Origin: an uncultured virus (IMG/VR IMGVR_UViG_3300031182_000006)
Lineage: Duplodnaviria > Heunggongvirae > Uroviricota > Caudoviricetes
IMG/VR virus record: IMGVR_UViG_3300031182_000006
DNA length: 64,000 nucleotides
Strand: one strand, 5' to 3'
The translations under genes and the position numbers were made by a program. Each line of letters starts with the position of its first letter. The stretch's first letter is position 1. Positions 10,435 through 20,702 of the stretch are shown piece by piece. The notes under the pieces were generated by a model. The model searched no databases. It saw nothing but the letters and a program-made list of their open reading frames with translations, and was not told the DNA's origin.

Positions 10435-10851
10435 ATGGGGGAGAAATACATGTTCCTACTTATTCCTGAAGAATTTCTACCCCTAATGTTGTTAATCTAC
10501 ACCATAGAGTTTGCTCTAATAATTGCAGCATTAGTGTTTTTAATTGATCATCTAATAATGAAATACAAAAAAGGTTTTATTAGTGTCTTTATGGGCACAT
10601 TAGCAATTCATTTCATATCTTTGGGTATATCTACCCTATCTGCTTTTCTTATCAATATTAGCGAGGAAAACAATTTTTCAGACAATATATTATTTCTTAT
10701 CTGGTTACTGTTAATTTTATCGAACATTGTTATGAGTATAACTTTTCTTATTATGATCTTTTTCTTTATTACAAAAAGATTTGACATCTACATCACTAAA
10801 TTGAGGAATGTAAATACATTAAAGGAGGATGAGAAGGATGTTGACAAATGA
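10435..10851 (+). CDS. membrane protein with about 3 TM segments
   Basis: three long hydrophobic stretches. Confidence 0.65.
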   Translation: MGEKYMFLLIPEEFLPLMLLIYTIEFALIIAALVFLIDHLIMKYKKGFISVFMGTLAIHFISLGISTLSAFLINISEENNFSDNILFLIWLLLILSNIVMSITFLIMIFFFITKRFDIYITKLRNVNTLKEDEKDVDK

Positions 10852-11131
10852 GTACAACGATCTCATTACGCTGATCGCAGAGAATCCCGATCTTGCTCTG
10901 ATCCCTATTGCTTTGCTCATCGGTAAAGCGGTAAAAATGAGCAAGATTAAGGACGAATTTATTCCGATCATCGTACTCGTAATTTCTTCGATCATTGGGT
11001 TTTTGATCGGAGGAGCGGATACCATTGCTGCTATCAAAGGTCTTGTCGCTGGTTTTGTTGCAGTTGGCGGCACTAGTGCTCTCAAACAACTTAACAAAGC
11101 TTCTTCCAATAGAAAAAATAATTCTGGATAG
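10829..11131 (+). CDS. holin
   Basis: small hydrophobic protein with KDEFIPII motif and basic C-terminus, directly upstream of endolysin. Confidence 0.75.
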   Translation: MRRMLTNEYNDLITLIAENPDLALIPIALLIGKAVKMSKIKDEFIPIIVLVISSIIGFLIGGADTIAAIKGLVAGFVAVGGTSALKQLNKASSNRKNNSG

Positions 11132-11231
11132 GAATAACACAATATAAGATGGATGGTCTCTGCTCTAATTGCGATCATCCATCTTATAAATAATTTTTTA
11201 ACACATAATACTAAAAGAGGGAGGGATAAAA

Positions 11232-12257
11232 TTGGCAAATTATAAAGCAAAAGTTGCTTGGGATGCCGGACATCTTGAAGATACCTTCGAGGTGGAAGGT
11301 GGAAAAGGCGTTATTGTCAATGGTGAAAAATTTGAAGAACATTGGTTCAATCTTGCAGTAGCTAAGAAAGCTGCCGAACTTGGCAAATATAATGGTATTG
11401 AACCGGTGTTAACACATGAAGCTCTTGCTGGTAAATCTAAAGATAATCTAACGACTCGCACCAATAAAGCTAAATCTGAGAAAGTTGACCTCTTGTTCAG
11501 TATTCACGCTGATGCCAGCGGTAACGCAAATGCTAAAGGTCACTGGGTCTTCTACTGGCACGCTGATACCAAAGCCAAAAAGTTAGCTGAAATTTGGGAT
11601 AAGTGGGCTGACAAACTTCTTCCCAATAACGACAGAAATACCGTAGCTTGTTCTCCTAATTCGTGGGCAAACTTCCACATGTGTCGTGTTCCCGCTTCCT
11701 ACGGTATTCCTGCAATCCTTATTGAACATGCATTTATGACAAACCTTGAAGATCTTGCTTATCTTAAAAGTGAGGAATTTCGTGATCTCTGTGCTGAAGC
11801 TGCAGTTCGTGCTGCTTGTGAGTATCTTGGTATTCCTTTTAGTAAACCTCCTGCATCTGCACCTACGAAACCTTTTGAAAAAGATCCGAGTGTCAAGTTC
11901 ATTGACGTCCCCAAAGGTCATTGGGCAGTAAACGCTATCAAACTGGTTTCGGATGAAAGTATTATTAATGGTTTCACTGACGGGCGCTTCGGTATTGGTG
12001 AAGATGTGACCCGTGAACAACTGGCAGTTGTCATCTGCAATTTGATCACTAGTAGAAAGGTTAAGGTGATTAACATGGGTAAACCCACCAAATTCACGGA
12101 TGTCCCCGACAATCACTGGGCAAAAACTTCTATTGACGTTGTAAGTGCTGCTGGTATCATGGAGGGTTATCCCGACGGCCGTTTCGGTCTCGGCAATACC
12201 GTGAAACGCGAAGAACTTGCTGTGGTTGTTTCGAGACTTATTGATACTAAAAAATAA
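11232..12257 (+). CDS. endolysin: N-acetylmuramoyl-L-alanine amidase (Amidase_3) with two SLH domains
   Basis: DAGH, E, SIHAD, ILIEHAFMTN; C-terminal FIDVPKGHWA..GFTDGRF..VTREQLA and FTDVPDNHWA..GYPDGRF. Confidence 0.9.
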   Translation: MANYKAKVAWDAGHLEDTFEVEGGKGVIVNGEKFEEHWFNLAVAKKAAELGKYNGIEPVLTHEALAGKSKDNLTTRTNKAKSEKVDLLFSIHADASGNANAKGHWVFYWHADTKAKKLAEIWDKWADKLLPNNDRNTVACSPNSWANFHMCRVPASYGIPAILIEHAFMTNLEDLAYLKSEEFRDLCAEAAVRAACEYLGIPFSKPPASAPTKPFEKDPSVKFIDVPKGHWAVNAIKLVSDESIINGFTDGRFGIGEDVTREQLAVVICNLITSRKVKVINMGKPTKFTDVPDNHWAKTSIDVVSAAGIMEGYPDGRFGLGNTVKREELAVVVSRLIDTKK

Positions 12258-12335
12258 TAAAATAAAGGATATCGCCATAAGGTGATATCCTTTATTTTTT
12301 TCTAATCTTCTGTTTAGTAGAACTTTATAGTAAAT

Positions 12336-15008
12336 ATGTTTTATAGGAGGTCGGAAAATATGAGCGGACAATATACTGGTCCAGATGAAATATTATATAA
12401 AGATGCAATGACATATGACACTTTTGAAGTAAAAGCTATGGAAGAAGCTCTCCATGATCTGAAGATAAATGCATTTAAATATCTTTATGATGCACAGAAA
12501 GATCTGGCTGATGTGCATCGGTTTGATCTTAAGATGAGCGATCTGGTAAGGACAAAGGTAAAGAAAACTGATACCGGTTTCAATTCTTACGTAGGTTTCT
12601 TGAATAGAAATTTCATTACCGAAAAACAAAGACACGCTTTTAAACAATCTCAATTCTACAACAGCGAAATTAGTATCCATGATACTGCAGCCAACCCAAG
12701 TTTATTTGCTTATACGTTTCTCGTGTTCATAAACGGGAAATTCTATGATAATATAAAGATTTTTTGTGATGAAGATAAAACCTATCTAGTCTTCAATGTC
12801 ATCACCAGTGGTACAGATGGAATACCTAAGGATCTTTTTGATAGTCTTCTTGCTGAAGATGCCAACATTACCGTATTTTTTGTCCCCAACTGTGCTTACG
12901 GTATCTATACAACTAATAGATACGTTTTGCTTAAATATAAAGATAATCTTGCCTTGAATAGATTCAATATTGAAAACAGCTTAGGTACTGAACAATCGTA
13001 CCTGACTTTCATCAATGATAATGATCTTCTCTTCGAGGGTGTAGTAGTAAATACTGTAAAATCAGGAGATATGCTTAGATTTACTGATGAAAATATCAAC
13101 GACTTCCAGAATAGATATGTGCATCTCAATATTTTTGGTTTTAGGCATTTACTTGATCAAATTGATTTACCGGGAACCCAAAAATTCTTCTCATTACCTG
13201 TAATGGATATGCCGATACCTGTTGAAAATATGATTATCTTTAAAAACACGCCTGATGGAAAGAAAGTATTCGCGCATGATATTGAAACAAAGATGTATTA
13301 TCCCAACGTGTATGAAATTTTAAATAATGACGATGATGAAGATCTTACTATCTATGTTTTTTATTTCGATGACACTCCAGTATCCGGAGGTTATCCTAAA
13401 TATAAAGATGAAATTGCTCTCTACCGGGCAACTATGAATCTGACAGCGGACGATTACCCACTTAACGTTCCGGAAATTATCAAAAATTATGATCCTGAGT
13501 CATTGATCTATGGTATTAAAGATTTTATCAATTCTGAAGACCATCCTAATCATTTGACGTATAAAGTAAATAAACTTAAGGAATGGATTAGAAAAGATCC
13601 ATCAAGAATGGTCTCATATCTTATAAAGCAAGTTAATACTTCCAATTCGTTCTACATTGATTGCTCGGATATAAATCTGGCTGAAAAATATAGGACGAAT
13701 AACTACAGTGAAGTTAAATATGAATATGAAAAGAAAGAATTTAATGAGCCTAGGTATGTTTTTGTCCTTCGGAGATATTATAATATCGATGAAATTTATT
13801 ATCGATTCTTTATTGATGGTAATAACTATTATCCTGATGAGGTTTATGTCGATGATTTTTATGAATACTATTATATTCCTATTACTCTTATTACCAACAC
13901 AAGTCTTATTGAAGTTGAGAAATTTGAAACCTTTGATCTTCATCAGGATATAGTATTTGATGAAGTTGATGAGAAAAAAGAAGTCGATCTCAATAAGAAT
14001 ATTCAAATTTATGCAAGCGATATCTTCTTTGTTAATTCTGAAACACAAGAATTTATTGATAAATCGAAATTTAAAATATCGTATGTAGACGTTTTTGAAA
14101 TAGAATTACCTACAAATTCATTCAAAAAGATACCAACTAAATTTTATGTGACTCTATTAGATCCATCCCTTGAAGGAGTTAATATTACTGTAAGAGTCAA
14201 GCAGTTCTTCCAGATTAAACACTATAAAATTAATAATGAAGAAGATAAAGGTGAAGCGTTCAATCTTATAATTGCAGCAGAAAACGATAAATCTAATATT
14301 AGAGTGTTTAAGAATGGGCGTCTTCTTCCCAATAACTATATTCATTTCTATCCATCTCTCACTTACGGTGGAACCAGCGTCGTTTTACCTGGTATTACTA
14401 GAGAAATTGGGGAAGAATATGTAGTGGACTACACACCGTATAAATATGAAGTCGTTTATAGTGCTAACACTATACCCAATACTGGACTTATTGATCTGAG
14501 CGGTCTCATTGATAAACCGTTTGATCTGAAATGGTTTGATGTCTACGTCAATGGCAGAAAATTAACTAAAGATAATATTGAGATTATTTCATCGACGATT
14601 ATTCTTGTGAAAAATGTACAAAGTGTAAAGAATTTTTATATCTATCAAAAGAACAGAGGTGCAGAATATTTTACCTTCGATATAAGTACTAATCCCGGAT
14701 TTGATAATTTTATTTGGACAACTATTGAAGATTTTCGAGATGCATTTATGGAAGGTAAACCTCTTCTCGATGACATTGAGCAAGATATTATCAGTGATAT
14801 CGTTGATATTATATCCATTGAAAGATCTGCGTTCTTTGAAGAATTTATAAAAGCTATTAAAATAATTAATCCTGATTTATATCAGATTCCTGATATATAT
14901 AAGACCAGATATTCGTCTATCTTTCAAGGTAACGTCGCTGTCTTAAATCCTGATGATAGTGATCCAATGGCTACCGGTCTTAAAGTTTTCCCCGATGAGG
15001 ATTTATAA
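12336..15008 (+). CDS. large virion structural protein (baseplate/tail region)
   Basis: 890 aa, repeated xFxNG beta motifs, upstream of tail fibres; likely start at 12360 after AGGAGG. Confidence 0.65.
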   Translation: MFYRRSENMSGQYTGPDEILYKDAMTYDTFEVKAMEEALHDLKINAFKYLYDAQKDLADVHRFDLKMSDLVRTKVKKTDTGFNSYVGFLNRNFITEKQRHAFKQSQFYNSEISIHDTAANPSLFAYTFLVFINGKFYDNIKIFCDEDKTYLVFNVITSGTDGIPKDLFDSLLAEDANITVFFVPNCAYGIYTTNRYVLLKYKDNLALNRFNIENSLGTEQSYLTFINDNDLLFEGVVVNTVKSGDMLRFTDENINDFQNRYVHLNIFGFRHLLDQIDLPGTQKFFSLPVMDMPIPVENMIIFKNTPDGKKVFAHDIETKMYYPNVYEILNNDDDEDLTIYVFYFDDTPVSGGYPKYKDEIALYRATMNLTADDYPLNVPEIIKNYDPESLIYGIKDFINSEDHPNHLTYKVNKLKEWIRKDPSRMVSYLIKQVNTSNSFYIDCSDINLAEKYRTNNYSEVKYEYEKKEFNEPRYVFVLRRYYNIDEIYYRFFIDGNNYYPDEVYVDDFYEYYYIPITLITNTSLIEVEKFETFDLHQDIVFDEVDEKKEVDLNKNIQIYASDIFFVNSETQEFIDKSKFKISYVDVFEIELPTNSFKKIPTKFYVTLLDPSLEGVNITVRVKQFFQIKHYKINNEEDKGEAFNLIIAAENDKSNIRVFKNGRLLPNNYIHFYPSLTYGGTSVVLPGITREIGEEYVVDYTPYKYEVVYSANTIPNTGLIDLSGLIDKPFDLKWFDVYVNGRKLTKDNIEIISSTIILVKNVQSVKNFYIYQKNRGAEYFTFDISTNPGFDNFIWTTIEDFRDAFMEGKPLLDDIEQDIISDIVDIISIERSAFFEEFIKAIKIINPDLYQIPDIYKTRYSSIFQGNVAVLNPDDSDPMATGLKVFPDEDL

Positions 15009-15083
15009 TAAAGAAATAAGAGATCCCCTATACAAGTCTTTTGTATGGGGGGTTCTCTTTTTTGAAAACATTATAATAAATTA

Positions 15084-15734
15084 TTGGATGTCTGTGTAAA
15101 GGAGGATACAGTCATGGCTGATATGAATAGGTTTGCTGTTTCTGCTCTTAGTAGAGACAGAAAGGCAGAAGCATTGCCTGAAGAACTATTAGTTCATAAA
15201 CCGACAGGTCAAATGCTGATTAAAAGACCGGATGGTCGTATTATATCATATGATAAAATTTCACGTCTTAAAACTCATATAGATTTTTTAGAATCCAGTC
15301 ATAGTATTATTGGTATCGATGGTGATCTCTGTCTGTTGGAATTGGATCACATAGAACTACCGAATACTGTACAATATGAATCTAATATACTTGACAACCC
15401 TCTTACTTTAGGCGATTCACCTGTATCGAAAATTTTAATATCCATGGATATTGATTGTATGGAATTTGTAAATGGGGAAGCTTTTATCTTAAGAGATCTT
15501 CCAAGCATCAGGTTCGAATTCGAATTTGTTGATGAAAATGATCAAACTCATTCTGTAACTAAAACTGTACCTCTAAATAAACTATCGACAAATATTTTTA
15601 ATGTATTGAATTACAGTCCTAATTCTACGCCTATGAATGCAACACTAAATGGTATTTACATTGAAGAAAATCCTTCTAACGTTGGTAAGGTTTTGGAAAA
15701 TATACTGCATAGTATATTAATTATTTTAGAATAA
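15084..15734 (+). CDS. putative tail-associated protein
   Basis: 216 aa in structural operon, AACA-N6-TA at 15067-15078. Confidence 0.6.
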   Translation: MDVCVKEDTVMADMNRFAVSALSRDRKAEALPEELLVHKPTGQMLIKRPDGRIISYDKISRLKTHIDFLESSHSIIGIDGDLCLLELDHIELPNTVQYESNILDNPLTLGDSPVSKILISMDIDCMEFVNGEAFILRDLPSIRFEFEFVDENDQTHSVTKTVPLNKLSTNIFNVLNYSPNSTPMNATLNGIYIEENPSNVGKVLENILHSILIILE

Positions 15735-15753
15735 AAAGGCGGGTGATTTTTAT

Positions 15754-16188
15754 ATGGCAACTTTAAGAAAATTAAAAAACTTCAGCGAAAATAACCTAAC
15801 AACATTGGATAAAATTATCGCTATAACTCTCGGAGATTCCGATATAGATTGGTATGATGAAACCAAAATTTATAATGCCGATGATTTAATTATTAGGGTA
15901 AATCCTTCTACTGGGAAGAAGGAGATTTTATCTTGTAAAAAATCCGGGGCGACTGGTCCATTTGATATTAATGATTGGCAAGTTGTAAACATGACCAATA
16001 TTTCATCAACTAGCGTAATCCCAGTATCTGAAGAAGAACCTCCGAATCCAAAACCGAATATGATTTGGTTTAAAAATATGGGGGAGTCACCAGATTTCGG
16101 TGACAACATTATAATAATTATAGGTAATGTTAGTCTCGACGGAACAACCGAATTTTGGTTTGATTCCAATAACAGAGACGGCGAATAG
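15754..16188 (+). CDS. putative tail-associated protein
   Basis: 144 aa, VSEEEPPNPKPNMIWF motif typical of tail-fibre modules. Confidence 0.6.
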   Translation: MATLRKLKNFSENNLTTLDKIIAITLGDSDIDWYDETKIYNADDLIIRVNPSTGKKEILSCKKSGATGPFDINDWQVVNMTNISSTSVIPVSEEEPPNPKPNMIWFKNMGESPDFGDNIIIIIGNVSLDGTTEFWFDSNNRDGE

Positions 16189-16221
16189 AAAAACAGTAAA
16201 AGAAAGGGGGTAAGATGAGAA

Positions 16222-18375
16222 ATGAGCAGTAAAAACATTCAGATTCGTCACAAGAATGGTAGTGAATGGGATAATTTATACCCAAAAACAAAAGCGGAAT
16301 TAGTAGAAGGTCTTGATGAGCAACTTGCCGGAAAGGTTGATAAAGAAGAAGGTAAAGGTCTTTCTACTGAAGATTATACTACAGAAGAAAAGAATAAACT
16401 TGCGGGCATTGAGGAAGGAGCCAACAAATACGTTCATCCAACTAGTGCTGGTAATAAACATATTCCTTCTGGCGGTGCGCCTAACCAGGTACTTAAATAT
16501 GGCGGTTCGTCAGGAACCGCAACATGGGGTGCTCTGACATCTGCAGATATTCCTACATTGGCTCTTAGTAAGATTTCCGATGCAGGTACAGCAGCTTCCA
16601 GAGATATCGGTACTTCTGCTGGTAATGTGCCTGTATTGGATAGCAATGGTAAACTTGATGTTAATGTCCTTCCTGCAATTGCTATTTCGGATACTTTCGT
16701 TGTCGGAAGCGAAGGAGAAATGCTGGGTCTTACTGCGGAAGTTGGTGATATCGCGGTACGATCGGATATCAACAAAACATTCATTTTGAGAGCAGAACCT
16801 GCATCCGTAGTTGGCAACTGGCAAGAACTTTTGACTCCGACTTCCCCTGTACAATCTGTTGCAGGTAAAACCGGTGCAGTTACACTGGTTAAAGGTGACG
16901 TGGGACTCGGAAACGTCCAAAACTATGGAATAGCAACACAGGAAGAAGCAGAAGCCGGAACGTCCGATACCGCGTACATGACGCCGCTTAAAACAGCGCA
17001 GGCGATTGCTGCACTTGCACCCGCGCCGGATGCTTCGGAAGTTTCGCTTAGTTCACCGAATTTCACTTCTACCAACGTCCGGGATGGAATGGATGAACTT
17101 TTTCAATCTGTCAGTGATGGGAAAAATCAGATCGCTTCCGCCATCACTGACATGGGACAGTCTGCTTCAGGAGGCGACACGTTTGCGCAGTTGTCAAGCA
17201 AAATTCGGGACATCTCCAAGGACGCGAACGCGGCTGTTGGGGATGTTTTGACCGGTAAGACGTTTTATCAGGGCGGAGTAAAGCGCACCGGCACGATGCC
17301 CAATAACGGATCGGTTTCCCAAACGCTGACATCACAAGGCGAAGAATACACGATCCCGGAGGGATACCACGACGGCACCGGCACGGTCACGACCGACATC
17401 GTGAATCTGTCCGCAGGAAATATCCGAGCCGGTGCGACGGTAGGCGGCGTTGATGGTACGTTCACTAGCGACGCGACAGCCACGGCTGGTCAAATCTTGT
17501 CTGGCCGGACGGCGTATGTTAACGGCTCGAAGGTAACCGGCAGCATGATCAACAATGGAGCCGTCAGTCAAACCTTGACCACGCAGGGGGCGTCGTACAC
17601 AATCCCGGCAGGTTATCACAATGGCAGCGGCACAGTCACGGCCAATATCACCAACTTGACGGCGGCCAATATCAAGGCTGGTACGACGGTCGGCGGCGTA
17701 TCTGGAACATTCACAAGCGACGCAACCGCAACAGCCGCACAAATCTTGTCTGGCCGGACGGCGTATGTTAACGGCTCGAAGGTAACCGGCACGATGCCAG
17801 TCAAAACAAATGATTATGGCGCACCGCGTACAGGCCAAACTGGGCGTCTGTATGTGACACCGGAAGCAGGATACCATGACGGGACTGTAAGGGTCTATAC
17901 GGACGACGCTAATTTTAATGCTGCCAATATCAAGTCTGGGGTTACGCTGTTCGGAATAACCGGTACGTATGCGCCGATTTCCGTAGGTAGTACAACCCTG
18001 ACATTTAACCGATCCGGCTCCGGTAACAATGTTACGTCGATTATCTATTATGCGAATTACACGCCGCCCAAGACAAACTTTTTGGGGTCGTTCCAAATAC
18101 CCGTTACGTTCACAATCGGGAACATTGAATATAAAGGAGACCCGTTTAACAGCATCACGATCGGATATCCGACAAACCTAATCTTCGGCTATGGTTTGTA
18201 CATTGTCGACCCGACCGTTAATGCAGAAATACAAATCAGCGCCATTTATAATAGTAGCACTGGCCGTATTCAACTACAGATTGGTAACCCGTCCACAGCA
18301 AGTCCTAAAGCGTTGTTTACCAATATCAGCACCAATAGCTTTACAGCGGGTTTACGGTATGTTTCATGGGAGTGA
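16222..18375 (+). CDS. chimeric tail fibre protein (native N-terminus plus captured C-terminus)
   Basis: LYPKT, GANKYVHP, VQSVAGKTGAV modules; ~83-aa TIPxGYHxG/DATATA repeats; abrupt GC rise after ~16900. Confidence 0.85.
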   Translation: MSSKNIQIRHKNGSEWDNLYPKTKAELVEGLDEQLAGKVDKEEGKGLSTEDYTTEEKNKLAGIEEGANKYVHPTSAGNKHIPSGGAPNQVLKYGGSSGTATWGALTSADIPTLALSKISDAGTAASRDIGTSAGNVPVLDSNGKLDVNVLPAIAISDTFVVGSEGEMLGLTAEVGDIAVRSDINKTFILRAEPASVVGNWQELLTPTSPVQSVAGKTGAVTLVKGDVGLGNVQNYGIATQEEAEAGTSDTAYMTPLKTAQAIAALAPAPDASEVSLSSPNFTSTNVRDGMDELFQSVSDGKNQIASAITDMGQSASGGDTFAQLSSKIRDISKDANAAVGDVLTGKTFYQGGVKRTGTMPNNGSVSQTLTSQGEEYTIPEGYHDGTGTVTTDIVNLSAGNIRAGATVGGVDGTFTSDATATAGQILSGRTAYVNGSKVTGSMINNGAVSQTLTTQGASYTIPAGYHNGSGTVTANITNLTAANIKAGTTVGGVSGTFTSDATATAAQILSGRTAYVNGSKVTGTMPVKTNDYGAPRTGQTGRLYVTPEAGYHDGTVRVYTDDANFNAANIKSGVTLFGITGTYAPISVGSTTLTFNRSGSGNNVTSIIYYANYTPPKTNFLGSFQIPVTFTIGNIEYKGDPFNSITIGYPTNLIFGYGLYIVDPTVNAEIQISAIYNSSTGRIQLQIGNPSTASPKALFTNISTNSFTAGLRYVSWE
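16827..16901 (+). repeat. 75-bp direct repeat, copy 1
   Basis: identical to 18859-18933. Confidence 0.95.
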
Positions 18376-18425
18376 AATCGTGATGACGAGAGAGGACTCA
18401 TTATACAGATCGCATCGGCGGCCAA

Positions 18426-18578
18426 GCCGAGCAATATAAACAAATCACCGGATTTGATTATGAAGCGTAAGGCTCCGCCGAATAGGCGGGGCCTCATAAT
18501 CTGCACAGTGTGGTACAATTAGACGCTATGACGGCAGAAGAATATGAGCAGATTACGAGCGAGCCGTACACACCCTAA
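18426..18578 (+). pseudogene. two XkdX-like gene remnants
   Basis: AEQYKQITGFDYEA* (18426-18470) and MTAEEYEQITSEPYTP* (18528-18578) resemble the XkdX C-terminal ITxEEYxxITG motif. Confidence 0.65.
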
Positions 18579-18600
18579 TTAGGCGCAGAGACGTGTAATT

Positions 18601-18627
18601 AGACCCTGCTTAATGCGGGGTCTTTTT
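18601..18627 (+). terminator. intrinsic terminator
   Basis: agaccctgc-ttaat-gcggggtct followed by T-run. Confidence 0.8.
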
Positions 18628-18639
18628 GTTGACTTCGTA

Positions 18640-18668
18640 GTGACAAAAGGGAAATTTTATACGATAAT
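18640..18668 (+). promoter_or_regulatory. sigmaA-like promoter inside the captured segment
   Basis: GTGACA-17 bp-GATAAT. Confidence 0.5.
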
Positions 18669-18775
18669 AGTGTTAAAGTACTCGTAAAGTACGATTACGT
18701 TACCGTCGCTGGAAGGGGTGGAAAAGTTCCGATGGACTTTACGAGCCTTGGAGAGTACGGCGTAGGAATCGCGTC

Positions 18776-19453
18776 ATGACTTCTCCCGATGGTATAAACT
18801 GGACGATTCGTTCAACTCCGGCGGATAACAACTGGTATTCCGTCACTTATGGCAACGGACTTTTGACTCCGACTTCCCCTGTACAATCTGTTGCAGGTAA
18901 AACCGGTGCAGTTACACTGGTTAAAGGTGACGTTGGTCTTGATAATGTTGAAAACTACGGTATCGCTTCTCAAGCTGATGCTGAAGCCGGAACAGCAAAT
19001 AATAAATACATGACCCCTGCGAGAGTTAAGCAAGCAATTGATGCGTTTGCTGCTCCTAAAGAGCATCAACATGTCGCTTCGGATATCACTCAAGATTCGA
19101 CTCACCGTTTTGTAACTGATGCAGAAAAAGCTGCATGGAATGCAAAAGCAGACAAAACGGTAGCTACTACCAGCAATAACGGCTTGATGTCGTCCGCTGA
19201 TAAAGCAAAACTCGATGGAATCGAAGCTGGCGCCAATAAGTACGTACATCCGACTGGCGATGGTAATCTCCATGTGCCTCCAACTGGAACCAGCAACAAC
19301 AATAAAGTGCTGAAAGCAGGGGCTACTGCTGGAAGCCTTTCCTGGGGTTATGTTAATTGGAATGAAGTAGATGGTAAACCTGTTAACCTTGCATCTATTG
19401 TGGTTTCTGGTACTGAACCTACAAATGCTGATTTCTGGTATCAGGAAATTTAA
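18776..19453 (+). pseudogene. displaced native C-terminal half of the tail fibre gene
   Basis: foreign MTSPDGINWT...YGNGL fragment joined to repeat copy 2 and native-GC sequence; in frame with 16222 if the insert is removed. Confidence 0.7.
18859..18933 (+). repeat. 75-bp direct repeat, copy 2
   Basis: identical to 16827-16901. Confidence 0.95.
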
Positions 19454-19670
19454 TTTAATCTATTTGTGAATAGTCTATAAATTAAATGAAAAAACACTTT
19501 TTGGGGTCGGATGGATTAAAAAGTCCATCCGACCGCCAAGTTTCTATTATAATATAGACAGACAACTATATTTACCAAAATTTAAATGGAAAACAAAAAT
19601 GTAATAAATATTTATTCTATCTGTATTTATAAGGAGAATTAACAAAATATAAAGAACGGAGGTATTTTAA

Positions 19671-20420
19671 ATGGCAAAAAATATACTACAGAAACAATAC
19701 GTACCTGGTGTCGGATGGGTTGAGCTTCATCCAATTACTAAAGCGTCCAATATTATAGATTCAAACGGTCTTAGTGTACAAGAGCATATTGATGCTAAAA
19801 ATCCACATGGAACTGATAAAAGTGATGTAGGTCTTGGTAATGTTGAAAACTATGGTATTGCATCTAAAACTGAAGCCGAAGCCGGAACTGCAAGTAACAA
19901 GTACATGACACCACAAAGAACTTCCCAGGCAATTGCAGCTTTGTCGCCTGTGAAGTCGGTTGCTGGTAAGACGGGTGCAGTGACTCTCGTAAAGGGAGAT
20001 GTAGGTCTCGGAAACGTTGAGAACTATGGCATTGCATCTAAAACTGAAGCCGAAGAGGGAACTGCAAGTAATAAGTATATGACTCCTGAGAGAACATCTC
20101 AGGCGATTGCTGTTCAAGCCCAGGCTATTGCAGATGAAGTTGAAAACAGATCAAAAGAGTATGCTGATCTGTTGATGGAACAGAAGATTATTGAAATTCC
20201 TTCTAGGTCAGGTAAAGACGAGAATGGAATTTTCACGATCGTTGAATATTACAGACCAAATAATACATTAGCACGAAAAACCGAACTTAGCGGTGGGTCG
20301 TCTCCGAATTATACAACAAGAACCATAACCTTCTATGCAGAAGACGGTATGACTGTGACAAAAACAGTCACAAGAACCTTAATTTATGATGAGGATGGAG
20401 ATTTCCTGCGAGAAGAATAA
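19671..20420 (+). CDS. tail fibre-related protein
   Basis: two copies of VGLGNVENYGIASKTEAExGTASNKYMTP; AACA-N6-TA at 19592-19603. Confidence 0.75.
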   Translation: MAKNILQKQYVPGVGWVELHPITKASNIIDSNGLSVQEHIDAKNPHGTDKSDVGLGNVENYGIASKTEAEAGTASNKYMTPQRTSQAIAALSPVKSVAGKTGAVTLVKGDVGLGNVENYGIASKTEAEEGTASNKYMTPERTSQAIAVQAQAIADEVENRSKEYADLLMEQKIIEIPSRSGKDENGIFTIVEYYRPNNTLARKTELSGGSSPNYTTRTITFYAEDGMTVTKTVTRTLIYDEDGDFLREE

Positions 20421-20702
20421 AAATAAGGGATAAGGTATTTAACCTTATCCTTTATTTTTTTACATTGAAATTCACTTCAAAAATATCATCCTAATTACAG
20501 TTATTTTTCCATCGTTAATAGAGATTAATAAAAATAAGAATTTCGTGACAAAAACAGATACATAATAAGATAAAAAATATCCTTAAATGTCATATGATTA
20601 ATTCTATTTCATCATAACCAAAAAATTGTGAGATCTCAAATCTCGGGAACTCAAATTGTAATTGAGTTTGTGAGTAAAATTATAGATTAATAAAAAATTG
20701 GG

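Larger units (their letters stand above)
16902..18858 (+). other. horizontally acquired temperate-phage-like segment
   Basis: higher GC than flanks; tail-fibre C-terminus, XkdX-like remnants, terminator, sigmaA-like promoter and holin-like start between direct repeats. Confidence 0.8.

Noticed and set aside
16902..18858. Transposon or IS with target-site duplication
   Set aside because: No transposase, integrase or terminal inverted repeats; 75 bp is far longer than a typical TSD
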